NCBI GenBank assembly: GCA_008080745.1 | Contig: SHMX01000004.1 | Coordinates: forward strand, 384,704-416,703 | DNA length: 32,000 nucleotides | From: Candidatus Thorarchaeota archaeon | Lineage (GTDB): Archaea > Asgardarchaeota > Thorarchaeia > Thorarchaeales > Thorarchaeaceae | Direction of reading: 5' to 3' | Shown here: in pieces, positions 15,479 to 23,047 of the stretch | Position numbering within the stretch: position 1 is the first letter of the stretch | Layout: each line of letters opens with the position of its first letter | Notes under the pieces: generated by a model | The model's database searches: none | Seen by the model: only the letters and a program-made list of their open reading frames with translations | Told to the model about the DNA's origin: nothing | Position numbers and translations under genes: made by a program

Positions 15479-17293
15479 CTACGGTAGGATATCTGATACT
15501 TTTCCAGCCATTCGAAGTTCTGTCATTGCTGATTCGTAAGCTCTCAGGACATCAGTCTTGGTCAGGAATCCAATCATGATACTCTCATCGTCCGGGTCAA
15601 CTACAACTGCATGTCCTTCATCGCGTTCCATCATATAGCGAAGTACTTTATCAATCGGGGTTTGAGGGTAAACGATTAGAAAATCTGGATTCATGAGCTC
15701 CCATACCATGAGGGTTTCTTCCTTATCATGCCAACATTTCTCCAGAGTTTCTGCGATGACAGTTCCCAGTATCTTTTCATCTAACACAACTGGGAATTTA
15801 GTATGCCGGGTTTCATAGATCATATCAAGAGCATCTGAGGCAAGCATATCCGGTCTTAGCGTTACTGGGTTCTTAGTCATAACCTGCTGAACTGAAACAA
15901 TACGTAATGCATCAAGATAAAGTCCCTGCTTAAGGTTAACACCTTTTCTGCGAAGTTTTTCAGTATAGATACTATCTGGATTTATTGCGGAACTTATAAT
16001 ATACGAACTTGATACAGCGATCATCAGAGGAAGAATCATTCCATAGTCACCAGTCATTTCCATTGTCATGACAATACAAGTGACAGGAACATGTGCAGTT
16101 CCAGAGAACATAGCTGCCATTCCTACTAGTGCGAAAGCCATTGGGAATGGTACGATTTCTGGAAATAGATATTCGAAACAATATCCAAAAGCACCTCCTA
16201 TTCCAGCACCGATGAAGAGAGTAGGTGCGAAGACACCTCCTCCTCCACCTGACCCAACAGTAAGCGAGGTGGTGAGCATTTTAATTAAGCCGAATGTTAT
16301 CATAGCAGCTATGGAAACTGTACCTAATAGAGTAGCGTTTATGAAACCGTAACCACTTCCCATTATAGCTGGGACATATGGATTGACGCTAGTGAATGCA
16401 CCTTGATATCCAAAGATTCCCTCCAATATAATCACCATCGCTGCAATTATTCCTGTAAGTAATCCTCCAAGAGCTGGTTTGCTGTACTCTGAAATTCGTA
16501 GTTTTTCAAACGCTTCTGAAAACCAATAGAATATTTTTACCCAATATTTACTCAAGAAACCAAAGACCAGACCCATCGCAAAAAACAGAACCAATTCGGT
16601 ATAATTTGTAAGGATGAACTCTGGTGCTATAAAGGAAGCAGTTTCTGTTCCAAATACACCAACTGCAATAGCCACACCAATAACAGAAGCCAGGATAACT
16701 GGTACAATGGAGACCGCTGTCAACTCACCTACAAGAATCTCGATTCCAAAGAGACCTCCACCAAGAGGCGCACCAAATGTAGCAGCTACTCCGGAACTCA
16801 ATCCGCATACTAGAAGTGTCCTTGTTGCTTTCCTGTCAAGCTTTAATCTCTGTGCCAAGGCGGAACCAGCTCCAGCCCCAAGCTGAGCAATAGGTCCTTC
16901 TCGTCCACAAGATCCACCGGAGCCTATGCTGACTGCAGAGGTAAGAGATGTGACTATAGTGTCCCTTGTGGATATCTTTCCGCTCTTTATTGAATATGAC
17001 TCCATGACCTCAGGGATGGCTTTAGTTTCGGTTGGAAATCGGACATAAAGGAATCCACTGATTATACCACCAATTGCAGGGATAATAACCCAACCAAGGA
17101 TTCCAATGGTGTTGGGAAGTAGTGAAAATATCTGCGTGATACCAAATATGGTATATCTGAATACAACTGCAATGCACCCAGCAATTGCACCTGTGAGAGC
17201 CCCTAGAACATACAGTCTTGCTTGTTGTTGTTTGAGGAAATAGCGTATTCCGTTACCTCGATTTGACTGTTTTATTAGGCGGCTCAAAAGCAA
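15479..17293 (-). CDS. eriC: CLC-family anion channel/transporter with two C-terminal CBS domains
   Basis: GSGGSCGREGP, GGGVFAP, central Tyr in DSIYTEKL; CBS pair VQQVMTKNPVTL...FPVV and LMNPDFLIVYP...GFLTKTDVL. Start is TTG at 17293 or 17287 (the latter is better spaced from GGTGA). Confidence 0.93.
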   Translation of the reverse strand: MLLSRLIKQSNRGNGIRYFLKQQQARLYVLGALTGAIAGCIAVVFRYTIFGITQIFSLLPNTIGILGWVIIPAIGGIISGFLYVRFPTETKAIPEVMESYSIKSGKISTRDTIVTSLTSAVSIGSGGSCGREGPIAQLGAGAGSALAQRLKLDRKATRTLLVCGLSSGVAATFGAPLGGGLFGIEILVGELTAVSIVPVILASVIGVAIAVGVFGTETASFIAPEFILTNYTELVLFFAMGLVFGFLSKYWVKIFYWFSEAFEKLRISEYSKPALGGLLTGIIAAMVIILEGIFGYQGAFTSVNPYVPAIMGSGYGFINATLLGTVSIAAMITFGLIKMLTTSLTVGSGGGGGVFAPTLFIGAGIGGAFGYCFEYLFPEIVPFPMAFALVGMAAMFSGTAHVPVTCIVMTMEMTGDYGMILPLMIAVSSSYIISSAINPDSIYTEKLRRKGVNLKQGLYLDALRIVSVQQVMTKNPVTLRPDMLASDALDMIYETRHTKFPVVLDEKILGTVIAETLEKCWHDKEETLMVWELMNPDFLIVYPQTPIDKVLRYMMERDEGHAVVVDPDDESIMIGFLTKTDVLRAYESAMTELRMAGKVSDILP

Positions 17294-17391
17294 TTCACCA
17301 AAGTTTCGACAAATCGAGTATCTCTTAAAGTTATTGAATATCTTTGAAGTAAAATCCTCTGATAGGCAACATTTTTTGCTTCTGTATTAAA

Positions 17392-17760
17392 TCACGTAAT
17401 CAGTAATTGGTTTCCAATAACTAATCCCAAAGAGAGCACTATGAATCCGAATAATAGCGAGTAACTTGCATATTCGACACTTTTCATTTTGTCGACATTC
17501 CAGAGGTTATTGATCTCCATTACAAAAGAGGAAAACGTTGTAAAGGATGAGAGAAAGCCTATTACAATGAACCAGTATTGCAGGTCTGAGATAGTAATTA
17601 CTGGTATAAGTATTCCAAGACAAAAAGATCCTAGAATATTGACAGCGATGGTTGCGACTGGTAGTTCTCTAACGACTACATCTTCTGATAGCTTAGAGAC
17701 AAAGACTCTGCTGATTGCTCCAAAAAATGCCCCAACTGCGATGAGGATTGATTCCAGCAT
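17392..17760 (-). CDS. crcB: Fluc/CrcB fluoride channel subunit 2
   Basis: VGAFFGAISR, LPVATIAVNILGSF, GFLSSFTTFSSF; 4 TM; starts 6 nt after the stop of subunit 1. Confidence 0.95.
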   Translation of the reverse strand: MLESILIAVGAFFGAISRVFVSKLSEDVVVRELPVATIAVNILGSFCLGILIPVITISDLQYWFIVIGFLSSFTTFSSFVMEINNLWNVDKMKSVEYASYSLLFGFIVLSLGLVIGNQLLIT

Positions 17761-17766
17761 CTTACT

Positions 17767-18207
17767 TCACTTCGGTATTCTTGAGGATATAGTTGGTTCT
17801 GTCGGTGATTCTGTTTGAAATTTCCTTTTCTTGACGGTTCTTAAGCCTAGTTGAAATCCTATCAATCCAAGAAGTACATGCCCCATAATTAATGTCCCAG
17901 GAATGAACGGATGCGAAACCAGAAGCAGAAGATAGGAATCTGCAATGAATGTTGAAAAGGTAGTGAATGAACCGATGAAGCCAGCTGAGATATCCTTCAT
18001 GTGGACTCGAAGAGTCTCGTTGGTTGGAACCATTTGCAAAACAAGTCCGAGTACAAAGCAACCTAAAACATTGACAATAATCGTATCCACAAAAATCGGA
18101 AGAGCAAGGATATACTCTGTAAGGAATGAAATGCACCATCTTGAGAGTGCACCCATCACTCCCGCTAGTCCAATAACTATCCACATCTTTTGAATTTGTA
18201 ATGACAT
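17767..18207 (-). CDS. crcB: Fluc/CrcB fluoride channel subunit 1
   Basis: GVMGALSR, IIVNVLGCF, GFIGSFTTFSTF; GGTGAG SD at 18221-18216. Confidence 0.95.
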   Translation of the reverse strand: MSLQIQKMWIVIGLAGVMGALSRWCISFLTEYILALPIFVDTIIVNVLGCFVLGLVLQMVPTNETLRVHMKDISAGFIGSFTTFSTFIADSYLLLLVSHPFIPGTLIMGHVLLGLIGFQLGLRTVKKRKFQTESPTEPTISSRIPK

Positions 18208-18250
18208 TTTTTTTGCTCACCGTCATCTGACTATCATTTGTGTCCAAGAA

Positions 18251-18296
18251 GTAGGAATCATCAGCCCGGTGGGCGGTTATGGTGGATCCCATCACC
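18251..18296 (-). ncRNA. Fluoride riboswitch (crcB RNA motif) aptamer
   Basis: Minus strand reads GGUGAUGGGAUCCACCAUAACCGCCCACCGGGCUGAUGAUUCCUAC. It matches the crcB consensus GGxGAUGG..U(C)xCC..AACCGC...GCUGAUGAxxCCUAC. P1 GGUG/CACC, pseudoknot GGGAUC/GAUUCC and P2 GCCC/GGGC all pair. It lies 44 nt upstream of crcB. Confidence 0.93.
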
Positions 18297-18320
18297 AAGC
18301 TGGTTCAATCCATAAGCGAA

Positions 18321-18335
18321 TAAATAAATTGTTGT
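18321..18335 (-). promoter_or_regulatory. BRE/TATA promoter of the riboswitch-crcB transcript
   Basis: ACAACAATTTATTTA on the minus strand; the end of the TATA element is 25 nt from the first G of the aptamer, the expected archaeal spacing. Confidence 0.65.
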
Positions 18336-18412
18336 ACGTCAAATTTGTAATAGCATAATGAAATTTACTATACTTCTAACAGCTTTCTTTTTTCATAATA
18401 CAATCAACATAC

Positions 18413-18832
18413 CTAGGATGCCATTATTTCTTTTGCCAGTGTTACTAATTCACATGTTGGTACGTTAATAATTTCGGAAACATATTCTTCAATACTCTCA
18501 AATTCTTCCAGTGACCTTTTTGATTTAAGTTGGATGAAAAATTCCTTACCTTTTTCTGTTAGTTCATAGTCGTATCGATCAATACTATCGGACAGTTGTG
18601 TTCGTGATTCTTCAATAAGGCCGAATGACACAAGAAATCCGATATATTCAGATAACTCATGAGAATATGGACCATAATAATATGGTGTAAATTCAAAATT
18701 AAAATGGATTTTTTTTTCCTTCTTCAGTAAGAAAATAAGCTTCTGAAATCTTGTCCTTCCCTCAATTCTATCATGATTTCCTATTAGATATATGATTCTT
18801 GCAGCATCGCCAATATCCACCACTATCACCAT
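18413..18832 (-). CDS. YwgA-like / Panacea (SocA, DUF4065)-related winged-helix protein
   Basis: IEGRTRFQKLIFL, FTPYYYGPYSHEL and YELTEKG motifs. Its ATG overlaps the HD gene stop (ATGGTGA, 18832-18826). Confidence 0.75.
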   Translation of the reverse strand: MVIVVDIGDAARIIYLIGNHDRIEGRTRFQKLIFLLKKEKKIHFNFEFTPYYYGPYSHELSEYIGFLVSFGLIEESRTQLSDSIDRYDYELTEKGKEFFIQLKSKRSLEEFESIEEYVSEIINVPTCELVTLAKEIMAS

Positions 18833-20130
18833 TCTCTTATTATTTCTGAAACCTGTTTATCTATATTTTCTTTCTTAAAAATCGATTCGTCTGCTAGTTT
18901 AGGTTTGATATAAACATATATTTTCATTTCTTGCTTAGACATTGCTTTTACAATGGGCGAAACTTGAGTTAATTCTATTGGTTCACCTTCTTCACCTATT
19001 TTATTGATTCTAATAGTCTTTGGAACTTTGTTCTTTATTATATCAAAAATTACTGAATAGCTGTCAAATTTTTCACTCATTTTTCTACTAATTTCGTCTG
19101 ATACAGAGTCTGAATTATCCTTTACTGCATCGAAAAATGGTAAATTAGATTTCTCAAATTCTTCTCCAAATTTTTTCTCGTAGACTGGTATGTAAAGGTT
19201 TTCAGATAGAATCAAATCCACTAATTCCTTAGATTCTTCTCCTGTTGAAAGTAAATCATTAAGTAGACTTGTTTCTCCTAATTTGAGAAATTCATCCACA
19301 TTTGTAAATTTCTTCATAAATTCGCTATCTTCTTCAATCGCTACAATTACAGCTTTCTCAAGCATCTTTTCAGCAATCCGAGTAGGTTGGTAATAATAAA
19401 CTAAAGAATACATACTTCTCCAAATTAGTAGAAAATTCTCAGCAACTACAATGGAATTAGGTGAATCTTTTAATCCAATCTGATATTTCTCCAAATTTTC
19501 TCCATTTCCTAGAATGTCAATATGATCCATAAGATATTCTAAATCAAATCCATATTTCAAACCAGTATGATAACTATCTCTAAGTAAATAGTCCATTTTG
19601 TCTACATCTAATGGGCCATCAATAATTTCACTAATATATTGATATGGTTTGTTTTCACTAGATTTTCTTGAAAATATACCAGTTAGCATATCAAATGGAA
19701 TCATCGCATTTTCAATTTCACGTTCGTATTTTTCTAATATTTCTACTGCTAAATGCTCATGTTTCTTTCCCATCATCTTATCCGTGACAAAATCTAAGAC
19801 ATGTGAGAAAGGACCATGTCCGACATCATGAAAAAAACCAGCAGCCATCAAAACATTGTCTACTCGATTCAAATTTTCTCGTAGCTCTGGTCGCGGATGT
19901 GTGTCCTCTTTACTTTTCAGTTTATCAACTAGGATTTTTGCTAGATGCATTGTACCTATACAATGAATATATCGTGTGTGCATCGCCCCCGGAAATCCGG
20001 TGTATGCTTTGAGACCTAACTGTCTAATATCATACATTCTTCTAATCTCTGGATTTCTAACCAGCTTCTTCACCCATTTTGGGATTTGTATTCGCCCATG
20101 AACTGGGTCTACCACGAAATTATAGCCCAT
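18826..20130 (-). CDS. SAMHD1-like HD-domain dNTP triphosphohydrolase (YwfO/COG1078 type)
   Basis: VVDPVHG, IRQLG..Y..FPGAMHTRYIH, FFHDVGHGPFSH, LDVDKMDYLLRDSYHTG: complete H...HD...D set. Start moved from 20235 to ATG 20130, where family homology begins and a TATA element lies 25 nt upstream. Confidence 0.9.
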   Translation of the reverse strand: MGYNFVVDPVHGRIQIPKWVKKLVRNPEIRRMYDIRQLGLKAYTGFPGAMHTRYIHCIGTMHLAKILVDKLKSKEDTHPRPELRENLNRVDNVLMAAGFFHDVGHGPFSHVLDFVTDKMMGKKHEHLAVEILEKYEREIENAMIPFDMLTGIFSRKSSENKPYQYISEIIDGPLDVDKMDYLLRDSYHTGLKYGFDLEYLMDHIDILGNGENLEKYQIGLKDSPNSIVVAENFLLIWRSMYSLVYYYQPTRIAEKMLEKAVIVAIEEDSEFMKKFTNVDEFLKLGETSLLNDLLSTGEESKELVDLILSENLYIPVYEKKFGEEFEKSNLPFFDAVKDNSDSVSDEISRKMSEKFDSYSVIFDIIKNKVPKTIRINKIGEEGEPIELTQVSPIVKAMSKQEMKIYVYIKPKLADESIFKKENIDKQVSEIIREW

Positions 20131-20155
20131 AATCAATCCAAATAGAATTCCTACG

Positions 20156-20170
20156 TAAATAAATTGTGGT
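20156..20170 (-). promoter_or_regulatory. BRE/TATA promoter for a near-leaderless HD-gene transcript
   Basis: ACCACAATTTATTTA, 14/15 identical to the riboswitch promoter, ending 25 nt before ATG 20130. Confidence 0.55.
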
Positions 20171-20336
20171 GGTAAACCTAAAATTCTGCTATCGATTGCA
20201 CTACCTTTCGATATGTTACTTGTTTCATTTTGCAATCTCGGTTTTTAATTTTTTGATAATCGATCAATATCTCACGGTACTCGTACGGAATCCAGAATCT
20301 AAACGATGATACATTTCGGTGCAAAAGGATTGCCTC

Positions 20337-20758
20337 TCAATTATGTTCAGTGTATTCCACGATGAATCTGGTGAATTCTTCGATATCCCTTAGATTGGTT
20401 TGAAGAATCTTGTACAAAATCGCATCATCAAAACATTGGTATAAGTGAACTACTCTATTCCTAAATCTTGCCATTTCGATTAGATGCTCTGCTAGTTCTT
20501 CTGATATGACATCATTTTCACTCAGAATTAAAAAGACCATTGAATATCTTCTTGGTTTATCCCATCAGTTAATAGAAATGATATGCGAACTAATACCAAC
20601 ACAGATTTGTATTGATTCTATCAGGAAGTATTTTGCTGATGCTACTTCTTTTAAATCTTCCAAGAACTCCTCTTGAGTAAGATTACTCTGATTACCAAAT
20701 ATTCTCAGGTTCTTAGTGAGTCTTGGAGTCGAGAATTGATTGTTGAGTTATCCTTCAT
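20337..20758 (-). pseudogene. hepT: HepT/DUF86 HEPN RNase toxin pseudogene
   Basis: ATG 20758 overlaps the MNT stop (ATGA). MKDNSTINSRLQ, then a frameshift near 20721 into TKNLRIFGNQSNLTQEEFLEDLKEVASAKYFLIESIQICVGISSHIISIN, TGA at 20567-20565, then WDKPRRYSMVFLILSENDVI...RFRNRVVHLY (RX4H motif). Confidence 0.85.
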
Positions 20759-21117
20759 TGTTGACCAGTCTCTTTGATGCGTTTGCGCATGTAATAGTAG
20801 TAAGTGTCTAATACTGGCTTGAAATCAAAATTTTCAAAGAATATTCTTTTCTCAAATTGAACTCTCTTATTTTCGTCGGTTGAGAGTAGGAGTTTCCCAT
20901 CGGTTATCACTTGGAATAAGAATTCCAAATCGCCTCTATTCAGTATTCTTACATCTGCTTCTATTGTTTCTAATATGGTTGATATCTCATGCATCAGGGA
21001 TAGAATCAGAGATCCTATGTCATTAAATGGTTCTCTCAGATATATTCCATTAGAGAGAAAATCCAAGACAATGATATCGACTCTGTTACAAAGGTTCCAC
21101 AGATGATTCAGGACCAT
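20755..21117 (-). pseudogene. mntA: Degenerate MntA-type minimal nucleotidyltransferase antitoxin
   Basis: C-terminal half is typical (EADVRILN...FQVITDGKLLLSTDENKRVQFE...FDFKPVL). The GS..DxD catalytic motif reads GIYLREPFNDIG, and the N-terminus upstream of about 21045 does not look homologous. Confidence 0.65.
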
Positions 21118-21514
21118 TTTTCCGAATATCCAATGGACGAAGTCAAGGGTCTAGGTCTCTATCTTGCAGGTTACGACACACACGATTCGATAATCAATCC
21201 CCAAGGAAGTCTGATGCTATGGGATGGCAAGGAGGCAAAATCTGATTTGAGATTCAATGAAATGATGAAGAGTGGTTCCCATTAACTCAATATTCCTCTC
21301 TATAGAATCAAGATCCAAGTTGAATTTTTCAAGATTCCATACTGGTTTACTCATTCTTTCTAGAAATAAATAATTTCCAGAAGATTCTATCTCTTCTTGA
21401 GGTGTCCACCTAAATTCCATTTTTACTCGTTCAGTAGTAATGAACCGTCAATATTAGCTGGGAGTGAATAAAGAACTGTTGGTAATCTTTATCCTAATAT
21501 ATTATGATGCGGTT

Positions 21515-22840
21515 TCATATCCAATTCACCATGATATTGATGCGATGGAACTGGTTTTGTAGTATTTTCAACTCTTCTTTGTTAACTTTAACTCCATATT
21601 CAAGTGCGCACAGCAATTTCTCAACAGTATAGCAGCTAACAATATCAGATAGGTCATATGTATCGTAACGCGGTTTCGGAACAAATTCCATAACACGCTT
21701 ATTTTCCAACTCTCTTAGTTCCAGTATTCGTGGGACGAGACGCGAAGCTTCAGTCGTACTAAATGAATCAATTTCTAAAAACACAGTACTGCAGCCACGA
21801 TTAAGATAGTCTTCCATTAGATCCCTATGAAAGTTGCAAAAGTCAGCATCATATTGGTCCGATAAATATTGTCGCAGTCTGTACCGTATCATAGTATCTC
21901 CTTCAATTGGAGCACCTACCTGATAGATACCCCGAGCAGCATCCCCCAAGTCAAGCTCTGGATGGGTGAGGAGGTCTTCTGCGTTGGTCATTATCAAGTC
22001 AGAAAATTTCCAAACAGCTTTTTGTAATCCGTCTGATGCAGTATACCAGAATGGTGATAAATACACGAGTGTTAAAGGGTTACCATCTAGTTCTAACGAT
22101 ACTAACTTCTTACAAGGATTCAATGGAGAGAGGTCTAGCTTTATGATATCATTACAACATAGATCTAACCAACGTAACTTTGTACAGGACCCAAGGGGCG
22201 AGAGGTCCAACTCAGTGAGAGAGGTGGAAACAAGATATAACCCTTCCAGATGCGACCAAGAGCCCAGGGGAGAGAGGTCCAGTTGCCCGAATGGGTTTTC
22301 GGAGATGTCTAGAGTCTTAATCTGCATGTAATTACTCAGGAGTGAGAAGTCAAATTTGGTAAGATTAGTGGCATTCAAGCTTAAATCATGTAGTTGGGGG
22401 CAGGAGTTCAGTAGCGAGATGTCTAGTTCAGTGAACGGGTTATAACCCAGATTCAGTTTTTCTAATTTGCGAAATATACTCAGGAGTGGGAGGTCCAGTT
22501 GAGTGAGCTTGTTTCTGGACAGTTTTATTTCCTGCAGCTGTGTACAATTACTCAGAGGTGAGAGGTCCAGTTGAGTCAACAAGTTATCGGAGAGGTCTAA
22601 AACTTTCAGTTGTGTACAATTACTCAGAGGTGAGAGATCAAAATGACGGAGATAACTATCTCTGATATTAACTATAGTCACTCTGGAGAGGCAATCATGA
22701 TCTATCCTTTCTAACTGTGTTTTGGATGAAATTTCAATTGTATCCTTGATCATGTCTTCGAACCTCAAATGCATCACTAATGTATTCATAATCAATTCAT
22801 TATTAGTATGTTTCGAAAGAATCATACCCAGTTTATACAC
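21515..22840 (-). CDS. Cytosolic leucine-rich-repeat protein, about 8-9 repeats of 24 aa, plus unknown C-terminal domain
   Basis: DLSPLSNCTQLKVLDLSDNLLTQL-type 24-residue units. Near-identical DNA segments 72 nt apart (tgtgtacaattactcagaggtgagag at 22539 and 22611). No signal peptide. True start may be ATG 22789. Confidence 0.9.
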   Translation of the reverse strand: MYKLGMILSKHTNNELIMNTLVMHLRFEDMIKDTIEISSKTQLERIDHDCLSRVTIVNIRDSYLRHFDLSPLSNCTQLKVLDLSDNLLTQLDLSPLSNCTQLQEIKLSRNKLTQLDLPLLSIFRKLEKLNLGYNPFTELDISLLNSCPQLHDLSLNATNLTKFDFSLLSNYMQIKTLDISENPFGQLDLSPLGSWSHLEGLYLVSTSLTELDLSPLGSCTKLRWLDLCCNDIIKLDLSPLNPCKKLVSLELDGNPLTLVYLSPFWYTASDGLQKAVWKFSDLIMTNAEDLLTHPELDLGDAARGIYQVGAPIEGDTMIRYRLRQYLSDQYDADFCNFHRDLMEDYLNRGCSTVFLEIDSFSTTEASRLVPRILELRELENKRVMEFVPKPRYDTYDLSDIVSCYTVEKLLCALEYGVKVNKEELKILQNQFHRINIMVNWI

Positions 22841-23047
22841 TCTGAACTGTGAGATAGTTCGATAGGAATGACTTTTTTTCCTGTAATAGAACTAGCCAAG
22901 AAAAATGGAATACACTCACGACTCGATTGTGAGTCAAATGCTGTATCATAGCTACTCAGTATTTGCCAAATAAATATCCACACTACAGATTACGAAAAAA
23001 TAGGTGACTGGAGCTTGCGATCACACCAGTCACTGAATGAGCTTAAC

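Noticed and set aside
17762-18298. 178-aa minus-strand ORF overlapping crcB subunit 1
   Set aside because: It starts inside the riboswitch, runs out of frame over a clear Fluc gene and has no protein-like motif.
18300-18312. GGTTCAATCC resembling a tRNA T-loop
   Set aside because: No 5-bp T-stem, acceptor stem or anticodon arm; the flanking structure is the reverse complement of the riboswitch.
20131-20235. 35-aa N-terminal extension of the HD protein given by the ORF track, plus a 16-codon ORF (MKQVTYRKVVQSIAEF) from 20228
   Set aside because: Family homology starts at MGYNFVVDPVHG and a promoter-like element lies inside the extension; the short ORF has no supporting signal.
20565-20567. 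In-frame TGA in hepT as possible selenocysteine or recoding site
   Set aside because: The position corresponds to a Gly-like site (N-x-W) rather than Cys, and the gene also has a frameshift; plain pseudogenisation explains it.
18413-22840. Calling the defence-like block a mobile element
   Set aside because: No integrase, transposase, tRNA target or terminal/direct repeats seen; only the composition shift and gene content support accessory origin.
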